64,000 nt of DNA from the NCBI RefSeq assembly GCF_006345805.1, contig NC_043002.1:41106001-41170000 (forward strand), given 5' to 3'. This document shows, piece by piece, positions 1 to 13,945 of the stretch. The DNA comes from Octopus sinensis (Eukaryota). The notes below the pieces were generated by a model. That model saw nothing but the letters and a program-made list of their open reading frames with translations, did no database searches and was not told the origin of the DNA. The number at the start of each line of letters is the position of its first letter. The stretch's first letter is position 1. A program made the translations under genes and the position numbers.

Positions 1-20
1 TCTTCAATTATTTTTATTAG

Positions 21-210
21 CTTTTACATTTTACTTGTTTCAGTCATTGGACTGCGACCATGCTGGATACTGCCAAAGATTGTTTAAGTTTGATGCTTAT
101 TCTGCCAGTCTCTTTTGCCGAACCGCTAGATTACGCGGACGAAAACAAACCAGCACCGGTTGTCAAGATGATTGGGAACAAACACAAACACACATACACG
201 CACGCACGCA

Positions 211-258
<48 letters not shown>

Positions 259-413
259 CACACACACACACTATATTATACGACGAGCTTCCGCACAGTT
301 TCTGTCTAACAGATTCACTGACACGACTACAATTGCTCAAGGTGTCACGTAGTGAGACTGAAACCGAAGCAAAGTGGTTGCAAAGCGGGCTTACTAAGCA
401 CACAGCCATGCCT
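21..413 (-). mobile_element. tRNA-derived SINE, family A (internal CA/TA microsatellite)
   Basis: Reverse complement of the element at 8870-9275: same 3' end (TGAAACAAGTAAAA), internal (CA)n, A/B-box-like head at about 370-413. Confidence 0.85.
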
Positions 414-507
414 AAGATAAATAGTTGCCGGCATTATTTGTCAATAATTTCTTTTGACAGGTCCATGAACTACATTTTTCTCTAATTTACAAGTTGGCAT
501 TAGTTGT

Positions 508-1131
508 GTGTGTGTGTGGTTGAAAAGCGTACTTCTCAAACATTTGGCTTGGGGTTCAGTCTCACTATGTGGTACCTTAGGCAAAGTTGGCATTTTTTTC
601 TAATTTACAAGTTGGCATTAATCGATTAGATTTTCCTCCATACTATATTTCAACTATTTTAAGATTATTATTTCTCTATTAGCATTGAAGAACCCGTTGG
701 TATCACCATCTGTTATCTTATTCTGCAACATTTTAGAGATGACTAGATTCAAAACTATATTCTTGTGACGATACGTTGGTGTCAACGGCAAAGTAAGGAG
801 TTATCTGATATGGTGAATAGCATGCAAGAAATAATAAACTACATCTTAGAATCGTAAAAGTCAATGTTTAAATCTTGTTTAATGCAACTTACTCGCTATC
901 GGCTGCATATTTGCATTATTGTCTTAAACCAAATATATAGGTGATATGTAAAGTTGCGTGTGTGTGTGTGTGTGTGTGTGTGAGTGGTTGAAAAGTGGAC
1001 TTCTCAAACATTTGGCTTGGGGTTCAGTCTCACCGTGTGGAACCTTAGGCAAATGTCTTCCACTGCAGCTCCAATCCAACCAGATCCTTGTGAATGGATT
1101 TCGTCGGCGGAAACTAAAAGAAACCCGTCGT

Positions 1132-1135
<4 letters not shown>
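508..1135 (+). mobile_element. Two SINE family A 5' fragments (about 508-590 and 980-1135)
   Basis: Both share TTCTCAAACATTTGGCTTGGGGTTCAGTCTCAC and match the head of 8870-9275. Confidence 0.7.
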
Positions 1136-1194
<59 letters not shown>

Positions 1195-1765
1195 TAACAA
1201 TAAATCTAGATTTATGCCGAAATCTACTTGGTGTAATTAATAATTATTCCAAATTAATTAATTTCACCCTTTATTGTTACTGATAACCATATTTTATCCC
1301 AGTAAATGACCACAGCATCTTGTCTTGGCTGCACGCGGGTGGAAAGGGGCTGGTGACACAAACTTTCATTCACACTTTGAATTTCGTGGTACTGGTAATG
1401 CTTTGGCTCGGTCTGACACTGAGTTGAGATAATGCTTTCTAGTATCTCAAAATTTAATATACAATTATTCATAATTGTAGTATCCTACGCTGATGAGAAA
1501 AGAAGTTTGGGTAAGGTAGAATTTTCTAATTCTTATGCTTTCCTAAAACTTGATTTCCAAACGTACGTCCGTAGGTAACTTAAAATTGTATGATGGATTG
1601 CCGTCATTTCATTCTTTCTTACCTGTCTGTGTTTGCCTTTCAAGTGCTGTGTTTTTTACTGAGATCTCCCTTTTAGTAGAAAGAATAGCTATAACTCTTT
1701 GACTGCTATTTCTAAATTCGGTGTGGTGAGGCAATTCGTTGCTAAACCCTTAATTGCTTAGTATT

Positions 1766-2140
<375 letters not shown>

Positions 2141-3759
2141 ATGTGCGTGTGTGTGTGTGTGTGCGCGCGAGCGCACGTATGTGTGTGTGTGTGAGTGTGT
2201 AGGTGAATACAGTACTTGCGTTAAAAAAAACATTCTTGATTAAATAGAAAATATTAGTGGTGACCTTTGGCTAAACAACATAAATAACGCGATATTGGAT
2301 TTTTCATAGTTCATATGAAAGTTATTTCACGTTTCACCTTCACGAGAATACTTAGGTAAACAAACATCGAAGGACAAGTATCTCTTTTATCTAGGATCAT
2401 TAATACAGAGCTTCCAAGTTTGCTTCCTTTGTTGATCAAGAGAATTTTTGTTAGTTAGATAGGCCGTGTGACTTATGTTAAAAGGATGTCAGGAAAAATA
2501 GTTACTCGAGAGAAAAAGTCACATTTTACTTAAACACTATAAACAAAGTAATGAAACAAAAGGTATATTAAATCAATTATTAACCGATAGTCCACGCCTT
2601 GTAAACAATTCATATATGATAGCATTACACGTGCGAAAAAATAAATGAAAATCTTTTATTTCATTTCTTAAGCAAAGTTAATACAAATAGACATTGAAAC
2701 AAAATATTTAATTCAGTGATTTTGTTGACAATAAATGACGTGTACAGACTGATACCACCACGCATAGTATCGTGGCATTATATGTATATTCAGTATTGCT
2801 AATGTAATTTTAAATGCTGACTAAGATGAATATTCCTGTTGACGCCACGAAGAAATTCTGCCGTAGACTTGTGGTTTTCCCGTCGAGCAATACACAAGAC
2901 ATGAAGGCGTTCTTCTAACTACACGAAGCGTCGACCAATTTTTCTTTGAGGGGAGTTTCCAACTGCGCCCTGCTGGATAATTATGCTCCCTGTCGCTTCT
3001 TCAAGCTGGAACAATTCAATGACACACCAGATTGAGGGATTCTAGTGACTTATTTCTGTGACGTAGTTTTCTGTGATTTTTTATTCCTTTGGCTACAATA
3101 TCAAGACACACTATCAAGAGGCAAGTGTGCGCATATTACATTATTTAGAAAAAGAATATATTCGAAAATGAGAGCAAATCGATGGCACCTTGTGTTGCAT
3201 AGTCCACGTTTTACGTTTGTCGTGGCAAAACGTGATGGCTAGTTCTTGTATAAATCGAATCAGAAATAAGCACTCAAGGATTTTCAGCTTACTAGTTGCT
3301 AGGAAAATATTACTATGTAGATCATGTGAATCGTGTCATGAAAACTCCTTGGGGGTCAATATTTGGTGCTAACACATCAGCGACTACGTATCAATTGATA
3401 CATACTAAAATAAAATCACAAGGGGATTGTTGAGGAATTGGTACCATGATAATGATAACATTTTTAATGAGTTCTGCGCGGCCTAAATTGATAAAAGTAA
3501 AATTTGTTTTTATGGCTAGGTATTATTGTCTGAATTGCCCGGAAAATCTATTTCTTTAGAAGCCTATATGTGATTTGTGGTGGGTGGTGGTGGTGGTGAT
3601 GGTAGTGGGGACAATATAGTTTATTCTTTCACCCTTCTGCAAATAGATTATTCCTTGTAAATTTGCCTATCTCAATAAAATATTGGAAGAAGCAATCCTA
3701 TCTCTAAGAGGATAAATTAAAGAGTTAATCGACAGGCTGTATCTATCTTATTGAAATAC

Positions 3760-3857
3760 ACACACACACAGTTACATACATATATGCATATCTTATTGTA
3801 TATCATAGTCATACCATTGTATTCTCCCTCTATATATGCATGTATATATATATATAT

Positions 3858-3890
<33 letters not shown>

Positions 3891-3923
3891 CATACACACA
3901 TACATATATATATATACATGTAT

Positions 3924-3992
<69 letters not shown>

Positions 3993-4121
3993 CATACGTA
4001 TATATATATACACACACACAACTACACACACATACGTATATATACAGAGAGAAAGAGACAGAGGATATATATATAAGTATGCATAAGTACTATGTGTATA
4101 AACGTTGTGGGAATATATATA

Positions 4122-4162
<41 letters not shown>

Positions 4163-4201
4163 TATGTACGTAGGTATTCTCATACATACAAGAGCAAATA
4201 A

Positions 4202-4286
<85 letters not shown>

Positions 4287-4350
4287 TATATACATATATA
4301 CACATACACAACACACACACAACACACACACACACACACACAGACATATA
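3760..4350. repeat. Compound (TA)n/(CA)n microsatellite field
   Basis: Long TA and CA runs; they explain the IYIY/HTHT ORFs. Confidence 0.95.
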
Positions 4351-4706
4351 AACTCAGACAAATATATAGCATTTAAGAGTTATTACCTGCTGGAGGTGAA
4401 TTTGACAGTTCGATTACAATAGTCGGAAAGATTTATACCACCATTTCCTCGCACTATGCTTTAAATTTTAATCGGCAAAGTCAAGTTGCAGGATTTATTT
4501 TTAGCAGTTTACAGTCCACGACTAAATTGATTTGCACGGCACGAAGAAGAGAAATAAAGTGACATGACAAATAACTCTATTTGACTGAGTCGACTTTGAT
4601 CGGATCAATAGCTGCCTACCATCAACGTACCAAATTAAAGTGGCGGCTCGCTAAAACTGTTCTGCTCCATTCTTCCTTTAACATGGCATTGTCAATTCAT
4701 TAACTT

Positions 4707-4731
4707 TTGTTTATTATTATTATTATTATTA

Positions 4732-4774
<43 letters not shown>

Positions 4775-4776
4775 CA

Positions 4777-4817
<41 letters not shown>

Positions 4818-4818
4818 G
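4707..4818. repeat. (ATT)n microsatellite
   Basis: Direct read; gives the poly-Ile ORF. Confidence 0.95.
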
Positions 4819-4829
4819 CTGTTGTTGTT

Positions 4830-6193
4830 TTTTTATCGTCGAAGCTGAACGTGTTTCGGAAGCTCCGTGAAAGTATGTTTTATTTCTCTTTTCGGAAGTC
4901 TGATATTGTTGATTTTATTGTTTTATCTGGTTTCTTAGCTGACCTGAACCACAAGGGGCTGATCAATCGTTTTTGTTACTAGCCCTCTGGGGCAACATTT
5001 TAAAAGAAAGGATTTTCTTTTCTTCTGTTTTTTTTTTTTTTTATTTTGAGAAACAAAAATATAATTTCAAAATGGCGTCGTCTTCGTCGTCGAGCCTAAA
5101 GAGAGGGAGATGGGAGGAGGCTTTGAAGGTTAAATCGTCTTTCGCAGTCAACACCTTTCACACGATTCTTCAGACGTAATTAAAAGTAGTAGCAGCAGTA
5201 TCAATTGCAACAACAGCAACGACACCAACAGCAATAGTAACAACCACCTCAGCAACAACTGTCGCAGCAGCACGAACAATGGCATGTCAAGTGAAGAAAC
5301 TCGAAAAATCCCCAGGAGCTACAACAGCAAATCATGCATTGTCAACGCCACCATTACCACCCAAATAAGAACTATGAACAGTGGTGATAGTGATGGTTCT
5401 AACACTACTAACAGCAGTAAAAATGGTTTCTTTAGCAACGATCACAACTGTGTTCGGTATCGTACCATTAGAAAACAAACATGAATATTCAAAAGAGACA
5501 AAGAAGCATATAAACCAACTGGAACAGAGATAAAATACTGAATATATTGCAACATCATTTAGACAAAACTGAAAGATAAACAATTCTGTATAAATGATTG
5601 TCGATGAAAGAACTCAAATTAGCACATACCTTCAAAGTAGGCTGAACTCTGTTGAAAGAATACATGGCCTGACATCAGTTTGGGGGTTATTCCCTCAAAG
5701 TTGAGTATATTAGAGTTATTTCCCAGTCGGAAACCCAAGCACAGAAGCACTCCACCACCCAACACATATCGAAAGATTTTACATTAATACTGATGTATCT
5801 GGAACGCTGAATGATTCAAGAAAAATGCACAAATATACAACCAGGATTAAATTTCTGGTGGGTGGTGATATATGTTTCAGTACATTTCTAGAAATATTTT
5901 TAAAAATTTCAAACAAAGAAAATTTAATCATGATGGGGACGGAAATTTTGATTCGAGGACAAAATCCTCGGCCTAAGAGAGATTCCAAGAGAGCAGCAAC
6001 TACAGGTGGTTGTTGAAGGCAGAATGCCGCGATGCTACAACTGTGGAAGCACCAACGACTTCAAAGTTTTCTTCTAATAACTCCGAACAATGACAGCCGA
6101 AAGAAGACCTCCACTCCTACCGAGCACTGGGATCAATTTAATCGACTTAGCCCTTCTCCCGAAACTGCTGGCTTTGTGCAAAAAGTTGAAGCC

Positions 6194-6196
<3 letters not shown>
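4830..6196 (+). mobile_element. Decayed L1/Tx1-like ORF1 (gag-like) with 5' UTR, no ORF2
   Basis: ATG at 5072 (MASSSSSSLKRGRWEE), Thr/Ser-rich stretch, then LQVVVEGRMPRCYNCGSTND near 6000-6060, a decayed zinc-knuckle context; many stops; (ATT)n on both sides. Confidence 0.6.
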
Positions 6197-6247
<51 letters not shown>

Positions 6248-6675
6248 TTAAAAGGAATGACGTAACCCTTCACAAAGGTAAACAGACAAGACGAAGAGCG
6301 CGATACGATTGCAATAGATATTTTATTGGTTAAACGATATTTCGACAACGAACCTGTCTTTGTTGAGTTCAAAATAAAAAGTGATAAAGATTCAAAATTA
6401 TAGAAATTCAAATCTAAAGTATGAACGAAAGCAACCAGTGTCTACACGTTGATGGAGTGACATCTTCAGCTTTTAAGTTTCAATTTTATAACAGGCGAAA
6501 AGAAAAAGATAGATAAAATGCGAGAAACAAAGGAAAAAAGGAAAGGAAAAAGAAGAATTTTCAATAAAACAGTTTTGTATAAATAATAGGAGTAGAAATT
6601 AATATTATTAAATACTATCAATTTCAATTAGTGGTCAGCATACTTAAAGACCCACGACGACTGTGCATTTTATTT

Positions 6676-6841
6676 AAACATAAACGATATGAAAGATCAC
6701 TATATGGATCCCTTGTATGCTAAAAATAGGCGTCAAACCGTGTTACTAAGTTGAGAACACAGATTTAATGGTAAGACGGTTTGACGTCTATTTTTAGCAT
6801 ACAAGGGATCCATATAGTCATCTCTCATATTGTTTAAGTTT
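6676..6841. repeat. Inverted repeat, 71-bp arms (6676-6746 / 6771-6841), 24-nt loop
   Basis: Manual alignment 65/71 identical. Confidence 0.95.
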
Positions 6842-6867
6842 TGTATAAATTTGATGATATTCTCCTG

Positions 6868-7377
6868 TCATTTTATTAATTCCTCAGGGCGTGATGTTAA
6901 TAACCCGCAAACATATTTCTCCTCATGCATTTTGAGTATTGAAAGGAAAGCAGATTCAGAATATTTTCTGAGAATATGCACTTTCAAGTCTTTTTCAAAA
7001 TTGCAGCCGTTTGAAACAAAATGTTTGACTAGTTCTGTCGAACTACTGTTATTGTGCCTGACGTCAAATCTGTGCTCATTAAATCTTTTGTTTAATTGTT
7101 CTGTTGTACAACCAGCATAAATCAAGTTGTGTTTCGCGCATTCTGCCGCGTACACCAAATGGGAAACTCTACATGTCACACCTTCTGTATAAATCATAAT
7201 ATTTCTGTTATGATTCCTGATGGAATTCACTTGACTCATGTTGTTGCACAATGAACAGGTCTTACCTTTCTTGCGGCTGTTTTTCAAGGTACAGCGTGCA
7301 GATACTCCAATGCTAGTTGTCTTGGGGTCAGAAATATAGGTCAATACAGCTTTTATATTTTTATATCGTTCAATCAA
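6868..7377 (-). mobile_element. Penelope-like element GIY-YIG endonuclease fragment (Cys-rich linker, Neptune-like)
   Basis: ORF has CSLC...TCRVSHLVYAAECAKHNLIYAGCTTEQLNKRFNEHR, the LVY/IY-G-T..L..RF.EH GIY-YIG pattern. Confidence 0.85.
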
Positions 7378-7418
7378 TATAATATCTATTGCAATCGCAT
7401 CGCGCTCTTCGCCTTGTC

Positions 7419-7521
7419 TATTATTATTATTGAGTGAGAGAGCAGTTCATGCCATCAAAGTGACACTGGGGTAAAATATACGAAGCCCAATATACCCATC
7501 GTGACTACCCATCTGATAAGG

Positions 7522-7581
<60 letters not shown>

Positions 7582-8123
7582 GAGTGAGAGAGTAGTGCAT
7601 GCCATCAAAGTGACACTGGGGTAAAATATACGAAGCACAGTATACCCATCATGACTACCCGTCTGATAAGGGTACACCAGGCACATGCATCACAACCATA
7701 TGTGCGTGACATGGTGATCTCATATCAAGATAAATAGCACATGACCTTGCAGGTGGGGCCCAGTTAGAATTTTCTTCTGGTCGAGTAACGGTCCCTGAAT
7801 AAGGATTGTTTAAGGATGTTGAACAAACCACCCATGTTTCCAAAGGTGAATTATCCAAACCTCTAAGACTTCCTTTAAACACACGGCTATGATGCTCCCC
7901 CACTACTTCTGCTCATGATCAGAGATGCACATAACGTCAGCCACTAAGGGACATGGTCAACTGGTTAAGGTCAAACAACTGACAAGCAAATCTGTGGTAT
8001 TGAGCAGAATATTTGCTGTAGCCTATCTTCTACCAAGATAAAACAATGTACATGATAACACTTCCAATCAGTTAAGATCAGAAGCCACGAGAGCCACTGC
8101 CTGGTACTGCATCAAAGCATTTA
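7419..8123 (-). mobile_element. Non-autonomous (AAT)n-tailed retroposon, family G, with duplicated 3' end
   Basis: 7581-8123 is the reverse complement homolog of 27170-27575; 7431-7523 repeats the terminal approx. 90 bp, and each end has its own (AAT)n tail. Confidence 0.8.
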
Positions 8124-8129
8124 TTATCA

Positions 8130-8187
8130 TCATCATCATCATCGCCCATCGTCGTCGTCGTCGTTGTTCTTTATTATTATTATTATT

Positions 8188-8219
<32 letters not shown>

Positions 8220-8263
8220 GTTGTTGTTGTTGTTGATGTTGTTGTTGCTGCTGCTGCTGCTGC

Positions 8264-8311
<48 letters not shown>

Positions 8312-8325
8312 CATCGTCGTTGGCG
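8130..8325. repeat. Compound trinucleotide microsatellite (TTA/TTG/CTG/TCG)
   Basis: Direct read. Confidence 0.9.
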
Positions 8326-8869
8326 TTCTTTTCGGCATTGCTATTATTGTTTGTCGAACAACGGATGCCAGAAATAGAGTTTCGTAAGAGAATTGGATTT
8401 GCCATGTTTACTTTGAAGGTAGAGTTGTTTTTTTTATTATTATTTTGGTTTCATTTTGACAACTAAGGATTTAAGAACTCTTACATGAAGGGAAAGTTCC
8501 ACTTTGGATATTTTCAAATACTCGTGTTGACATTGTTTATTATTGATTCAAGATAGCCAGCTCCGGTGTGGTTGAAGGAGGTGGAAGCAACGGACACCTC
8601 CTAAATATAACTTTAAAGAAAGGTGAACAAAATATAGTGACAGCTGAACAAATACAAAATAATCACTGACAAATACAAATGTAAAATAAGTGATAAAAGT
8701 GAAAATTTTAATAACGAAGGTAACAACGACGACAGTTCATCTTTAGGTATCCAGTAATACTGTACATAGGCCAGCTCGTATGGGAGGTATGTTACATGAG
8801 GCAGTATCTCTTTCCTCGATTACTTCGTCTAGGAAAGGTCAGTGCCCATGAGATTGGTGGGAGGAAGAT

Positions 8870-9275
8870 AGGCGTAGGAGTGGCTGTGTGGTAAGTAGCT
8901 TGCTTACCAACCACAGGGTTCCAGGTTCAGTCCCACTGCGTGGCACCTTGGGCAAGTGTCTTCTACTATAGCCTCAGGCCGACCAAAGCCTTGTGAGTGG
9001 ATTTGGTAGACGGAAACTGAAAGAAGCCCGTCGTATATATGTATATATACATATATATATATGTATGTGTATGTATATGTTTGTGTGTCTGTATTTGTCC
9101 CCCCAACATCGCTTGACAACCGATGCTGGTGTGTTTACGTCTCCGAAACCTAGCGGTCCGGCAAAAGAGACCGATAGAATAAGTATAAGTCCTGGGGTCG
9201 ATTTGCTCAACTAAAGGCGGTGCTCCAGCATGGCCACAGTCAAATGGCTGAAACAAGTAAAAGGGTAAAAGAGTA
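8870..9275 (+). mobile_element. tRNA-derived SINE, family A, full length
   Basis: A-box-like TGGCTGTGTGG, B-box-like GGTTCAGTCCC, internal TA/TG microsatellite, 3' end TGAAACAAGTAAAAG; many copies in the window. Confidence 0.9.
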
Positions 9276-9599
9276 CAAATCAAAAGACTGGTCCGAATGC
9301 TTGCAACAGGTTGGACTCCGCTAAAGGGACTCAAAGTGCCAGGTGATGTTAAATCAGGCGATGGTTTGTAGGTTATGGCGAAATTTAAACTCAGAAGGCA
9401 AAGAGCCGGTACAAATAACGCAAGGGCTCCTCTCCGATGTCTTATAGCTTCACAACTCCAAAATCTTTTATTGGTGCTTTTTTTATAGATCCCAAAAGGG
9501 TGGATGGCAAAGTTAACCTCGGTAGAACTTGAAACCAGAGCGTAGAGAATCGAACTAAATACCACTAAGCGTCTTGTTGTTGTTATGTAACAAGACGGG

Positions 9600-9810
9600 T
9601 AAGGATGATTAGGTGATGATCTAGGGCTTATGGGCGGGAAACCCCAGACCTTGGGAAAAAAAACTTTGGTCGTCTTGTTGTAGTCGAGGGCCCTTCGTTG
9701 ACGCCCGACACCACTGGGAGGTGGCCCTCGAAGTCGCTGGAAATGGAGATCTCCAAGTCCAAAATTCTTGAACGGCCCACGAAGCGTCATGTCGAGCGCT
9801 GTAACCACTC
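9600..9810 (-). mobile_element. Possible RTE (BovB-like) 3' fragment
   Basis: GC-rich; one minus frame reads LEISISSDFEGHLPVVSGVNEGPST, loosely like RTE C-termini. Confidence 0.35.
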
Positions 9811-10214
9811 TGCCAATTTGTCGCCTGGAAATCGAGGTGGCTTGTTTACGTATTTGAAGAAGCAGTTCGAGGAATCCCTGACCGATGTGTGTTTTATCGA
9901 CTGGAATTGGGTGTATGGAAGCGTGTCTGGCCTTTAAAGGCGAAAACGCGAATGGAAAACAAATGAGCTTTGTCTAGTGTAGCCTTGTTCACTGGCTGGT
10001 GCCGTAACGTGTAAGGAGACAAAACATAAGGGTCGCAGCCGGGACATTTGTATGGATGTTGACTCTTGTTTCTTTGTCACCTCTGCGGCATAGTGTGGAT
10101 AGGTGGTGATCGCTGAGAGAGCATGCAACAGTTGGTCTCTTGTGACCAAAAATAAGAGAAACTATGGAGGAGTAGGAGGAGGAGAACGACAATGACGACG
10201 ACGACGACGACGAC

Positions 10215-10252
<38 letters not shown>

Positions 10253-10269
10253 CAATGACGACGATTATA

Positions 10270-10306
<37 letters not shown>

Positions 10307-10469
10307 GTTTAAATCATAGGCTAAAATGTATAAATACCTCTTTTAAAATACATTATGACTACGCTGAAGCTCACCAAAACATTTTTATTCGCTCTAAAGT
10401 GCACTGCGAGTAAAAAGAAAAATAATACATTTGGGAATCCCTACCGTCCTACTGTATTCAAAAAGATCA

Positions 10470-10713
10470 AAGGCCCTTCTCGAACCATAGACTCATAAGG
10501 CCGTTTTCCCGGATTCTGTTGCGTATATATTTCCAACCTGGACGGGATGCATGTCTGTCGCAGGATAACTCATTCTGCCAGCTGAGAGGACTGGATCAAC
10601 GTGAAATGAAGTGTTTTGCTGAAGAGCATAGCGCATCACTCGATCCAGGATTTGAAACCACCATCTTACAATCATGAGTGCAACACCCTAACCACTAAGC
10701 CACGCTCCTCCAC
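10470..10713 (-). mobile_element. tRNA-derived SINE, family F
   Basis: Reverse complement starts GTGGAGGAGCGTGGCTTAGTGG...TTCAAATCC and shares CACTT.ATTTCACGTTG.TCCAGT with family D. Confidence 0.8.
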
Positions 10714-11089
10714 GTCCTACTATATTAAATAAGAACATATCAGCTGATGTAGTCCCGAGTAATGTATACCTGAAAAAACAAAAAAACAAAAAATGAATAA
10801 ATACTTAAAAGAAAGGAAAGTAACGGTACGAATGTCTTTGATTTATAGGCTGATTGGGAGCTAAAACAGCTATGTAAACTACTACTACAACAACAACAAC
10901 CACTTTTATCAACTTATCGGAGCTACTGCTGCCTATTAGAAGTGAACTATACCACCCGTCTAGAATCTGCATACAGCTGGTTGAAATAAACTTTTCAGAG
11001 TTAAATGTCTTAACCAAAGATATGTTTGACTGAACAAACAACCTCTGACCTCTTCGTTGATTGTCCGTTACATTTTTATTAACTCAGCA

Positions 11090-11454
11090 GTGGAGGCGCA
11101 ATGGCCCAGTGGTTAGGGCAGCGGACTCGCTGTCGTAGGATCGCGGTTTCGATTCCCAGACCTAAAGCGAAAACACCTAAAGCTCCACGAGGCTCCGGCA
11201 GGGATGGTGGTGATCCCTGCTGTACTCTTTCACCACAACTTTCTCTCACTCTTACTTCCTGTTTCTGTTGTACCTGTATTTCAAAGGGCCGACCTTGTCA
11301 CTCTCTGTGTCACGCTGAATATCCCCGAGAACTACGTTAAGGGTACACGTGTCTGTGGAGTGCTCAGCCACTTACACGTTAATTTCACGAGCAGGCTGTT
11401 CCGTTGATCGGATCAACCGGAACCCTCATCGTCGTAACCGACGGAGTGCTTCCA
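11090..11454 (+). mobile_element. tRNA-derived SINE, family C
   Basis: TGGCCCAGTGG / GGTTTCGATTCCC boxes; homologous to 34266-34870. Confidence 0.85.
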
Positions 11455-13189
11455 CACACACATTATTAACTCAGCTATTTATTAATACATACTCTTTGTG
11501 CCCTGGTCAGTTTGTGCCCTGGGAAGCTTACACGTATGATAACGAAATAACCTATTTATATTAACCAAAAAATCAATTATTGTTGCTGTTGTTGTTGTTT
11601 AACCCCGTATATCATTCTTAATCAGACCTATGATCAAAGGCCTACCTGTAGTGGTAATCCTTCTTCTTTTGTTTTGTTTTTTCTTTAGCCATAGCGCATC
11701 AAGTAATACATTATCGCATATATTCATCGTTTCTTTTTGTGATAGGGTAAAATTTGATAGGAGCGAAATTTGCCTGTTGTTTCTGGCAGGTTGAGCGACC
11801 ACATAGTAGTCGTCTTGAGCACGTACTAGTAATATGCTGAATCAGATTTCTAGCCAAAAGATAAGACGATAAGCTGTTATTGTGGTGTAATAACTGTAGT
11901 GAGGTGCAGAGTAAGACCTCTTTGCGTCTTAGTTCTCGTTCATATTTGCCACTGACGGGGGAAATGCATGTACGACACTACTTGCTTTTTCTTTTCCGCA
12001 ACAAATCTCAGATTTTGTGCTTCGTTAAAAAATAATTCGTGCAGGTATTGTTACGCTCACTCATTATGGTGGACTATGTTTTCATCGTCGTCATCAACGC
12101 ATATATAAATCTATCTATTTCTGAATTCGCAAAATCCTTATATGGCAAGTAGTGGATGACGTAATTGTAACGAACAGAGATAATTTTTGCATTTTTTTTT
12201 TTTAAACAAATCAATTTTAGTTGTATGAACAAAATCATTCTTTGATAAAAAAAAAACGAAAAACAAAACTGAAGTATAATTATATTCAATCATTTTGCGT
12301 TACATCAGCTTTTTGCATCGGTATAAAAATACAAAACGCAAAGATTAATCTATTCAAACCTGAAGAGGAAGAATAAAAAAATTTGCAACGACAAGGGAAC
12401 TTTTTTTTTTATGGAAAAATTCTTTATACTATATTATTAAATTTCAGAATTTAAAATTTTTTTTAATAAAATTATATTTAATCTTTATATATTTATCTTT
12501 GTTTAGCTGAGTTTTCTGTTTAATAATGATTTTTATAACTTTGTATGTGGTATATATTTTGAAAAGAGGAAAAAAAAAGCAAAAAGGACAATATTTTACT
12601 TTAATTTTTCCTTTTAAGAACATGATTGGAAAATACGTCAACATAGGTACACTAGTCATAATATAAAATATGCTCGTGTATACTTTACTACGTATGTGTT
12701 GGTATTTGTTATATGCTAAACATTTAAGATAGTTGACTAGTTCAATCGAAGAAATTGATGACATCAATCAATAAAATATTTTTAACTTATTGATCCCCAA
12801 TTGGAACTGCTACAGTTATGACACTAACACCGTATGAAATAGCATGAATGCAACAACTCATTTCATCATTTTTTTTCTTTTTGTAAATCGAAAGCAAAAT
12901 TGGTTAACTGTTGTAGTTGATTTTGTTATTTAGTCCCAATTTTCCCTGATTTTTCTGATTTAGTGTACTATATTCAAAAGTATCCTATCCATGATCTTAT
13001 TGCCTTTTTGTTCCTTGCCATAATTCATCTCAGACGACACAGACTGCCATGTATTCGGCTATTTATTTCTTTAAAATTGTAGGGTGTGATTCTGAGAGGA
13101 ATTTGCTTGTTATTTCTAGTAAATCAATCGACACGAAGAGTTTCCCTTACTGGCTTATATAGATACATACATATGTACATACACGCACA

Positions 13190-13241
<52 letters not shown>

Positions 13242-13437
13242 TCGTGCATATTTACAATATAATGTAATACTGAAATAATATGTCATATAACATAATATAC
13301 AATGCAATATATTTCGTCTTTGAGTTCGAATCCTAAGTACTGTAGTCAGTAGAATTCAATAAGATAATTCTCTTTTACACTTGAAGACACACTCACACAT
13401 ACATATATCCATACATACGTACATATACGAATACATA

Positions 13438-13540
<103 letters not shown>

Positions 13541-13789
13541 GTAAATATGTGTGGGCGTGTATGTGTATATATATGTGTGTGTATGTATGTATGCATTAAA
13601 TAAAAAGGATTAAATAAAAAGACAACAAACGGAAAATATGCCAATATATAATTTTAAAAACGTGTACTAAATAAACAAACGAACATATACTAAATACACA
13701 GGCGGACAGAAAACACAGAAGGTCACCAATTTCTCTGCAGTTATCGGCCAGAGGGTCAAATGCAAATTCATATATATATATATATATAT

Positions 13790-13945
13790 ATACAACGGGC
13801 TTCCATACAGTTTCTGTCTATCAAATTCCAGATTCCCTCACACGGCATTGGTTGTCCCAGGGCTATTAGTAGAAGACACTTTGCCCAAGGGAACATGTAG
13901 TGGGACTGATCTCGAAACCACATGATCGCAAAGCGAGCTTCTTAA
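13790..13945 (-). mobile_element. SINE family A 5' half
   Basis: Matches the reverse complement of the head region of 8870-9275. Confidence 0.7.

Noticed and set aside
2800-3200. Possible Tc1/mariner remnant
   Set aside because: Motif-like peptides appear on opposite strands and no TIR was found.
8966-9808. 280-aa minus-strand ORF
   Set aside because: It runs across a SINE and other repeat fragments; a chance composite.
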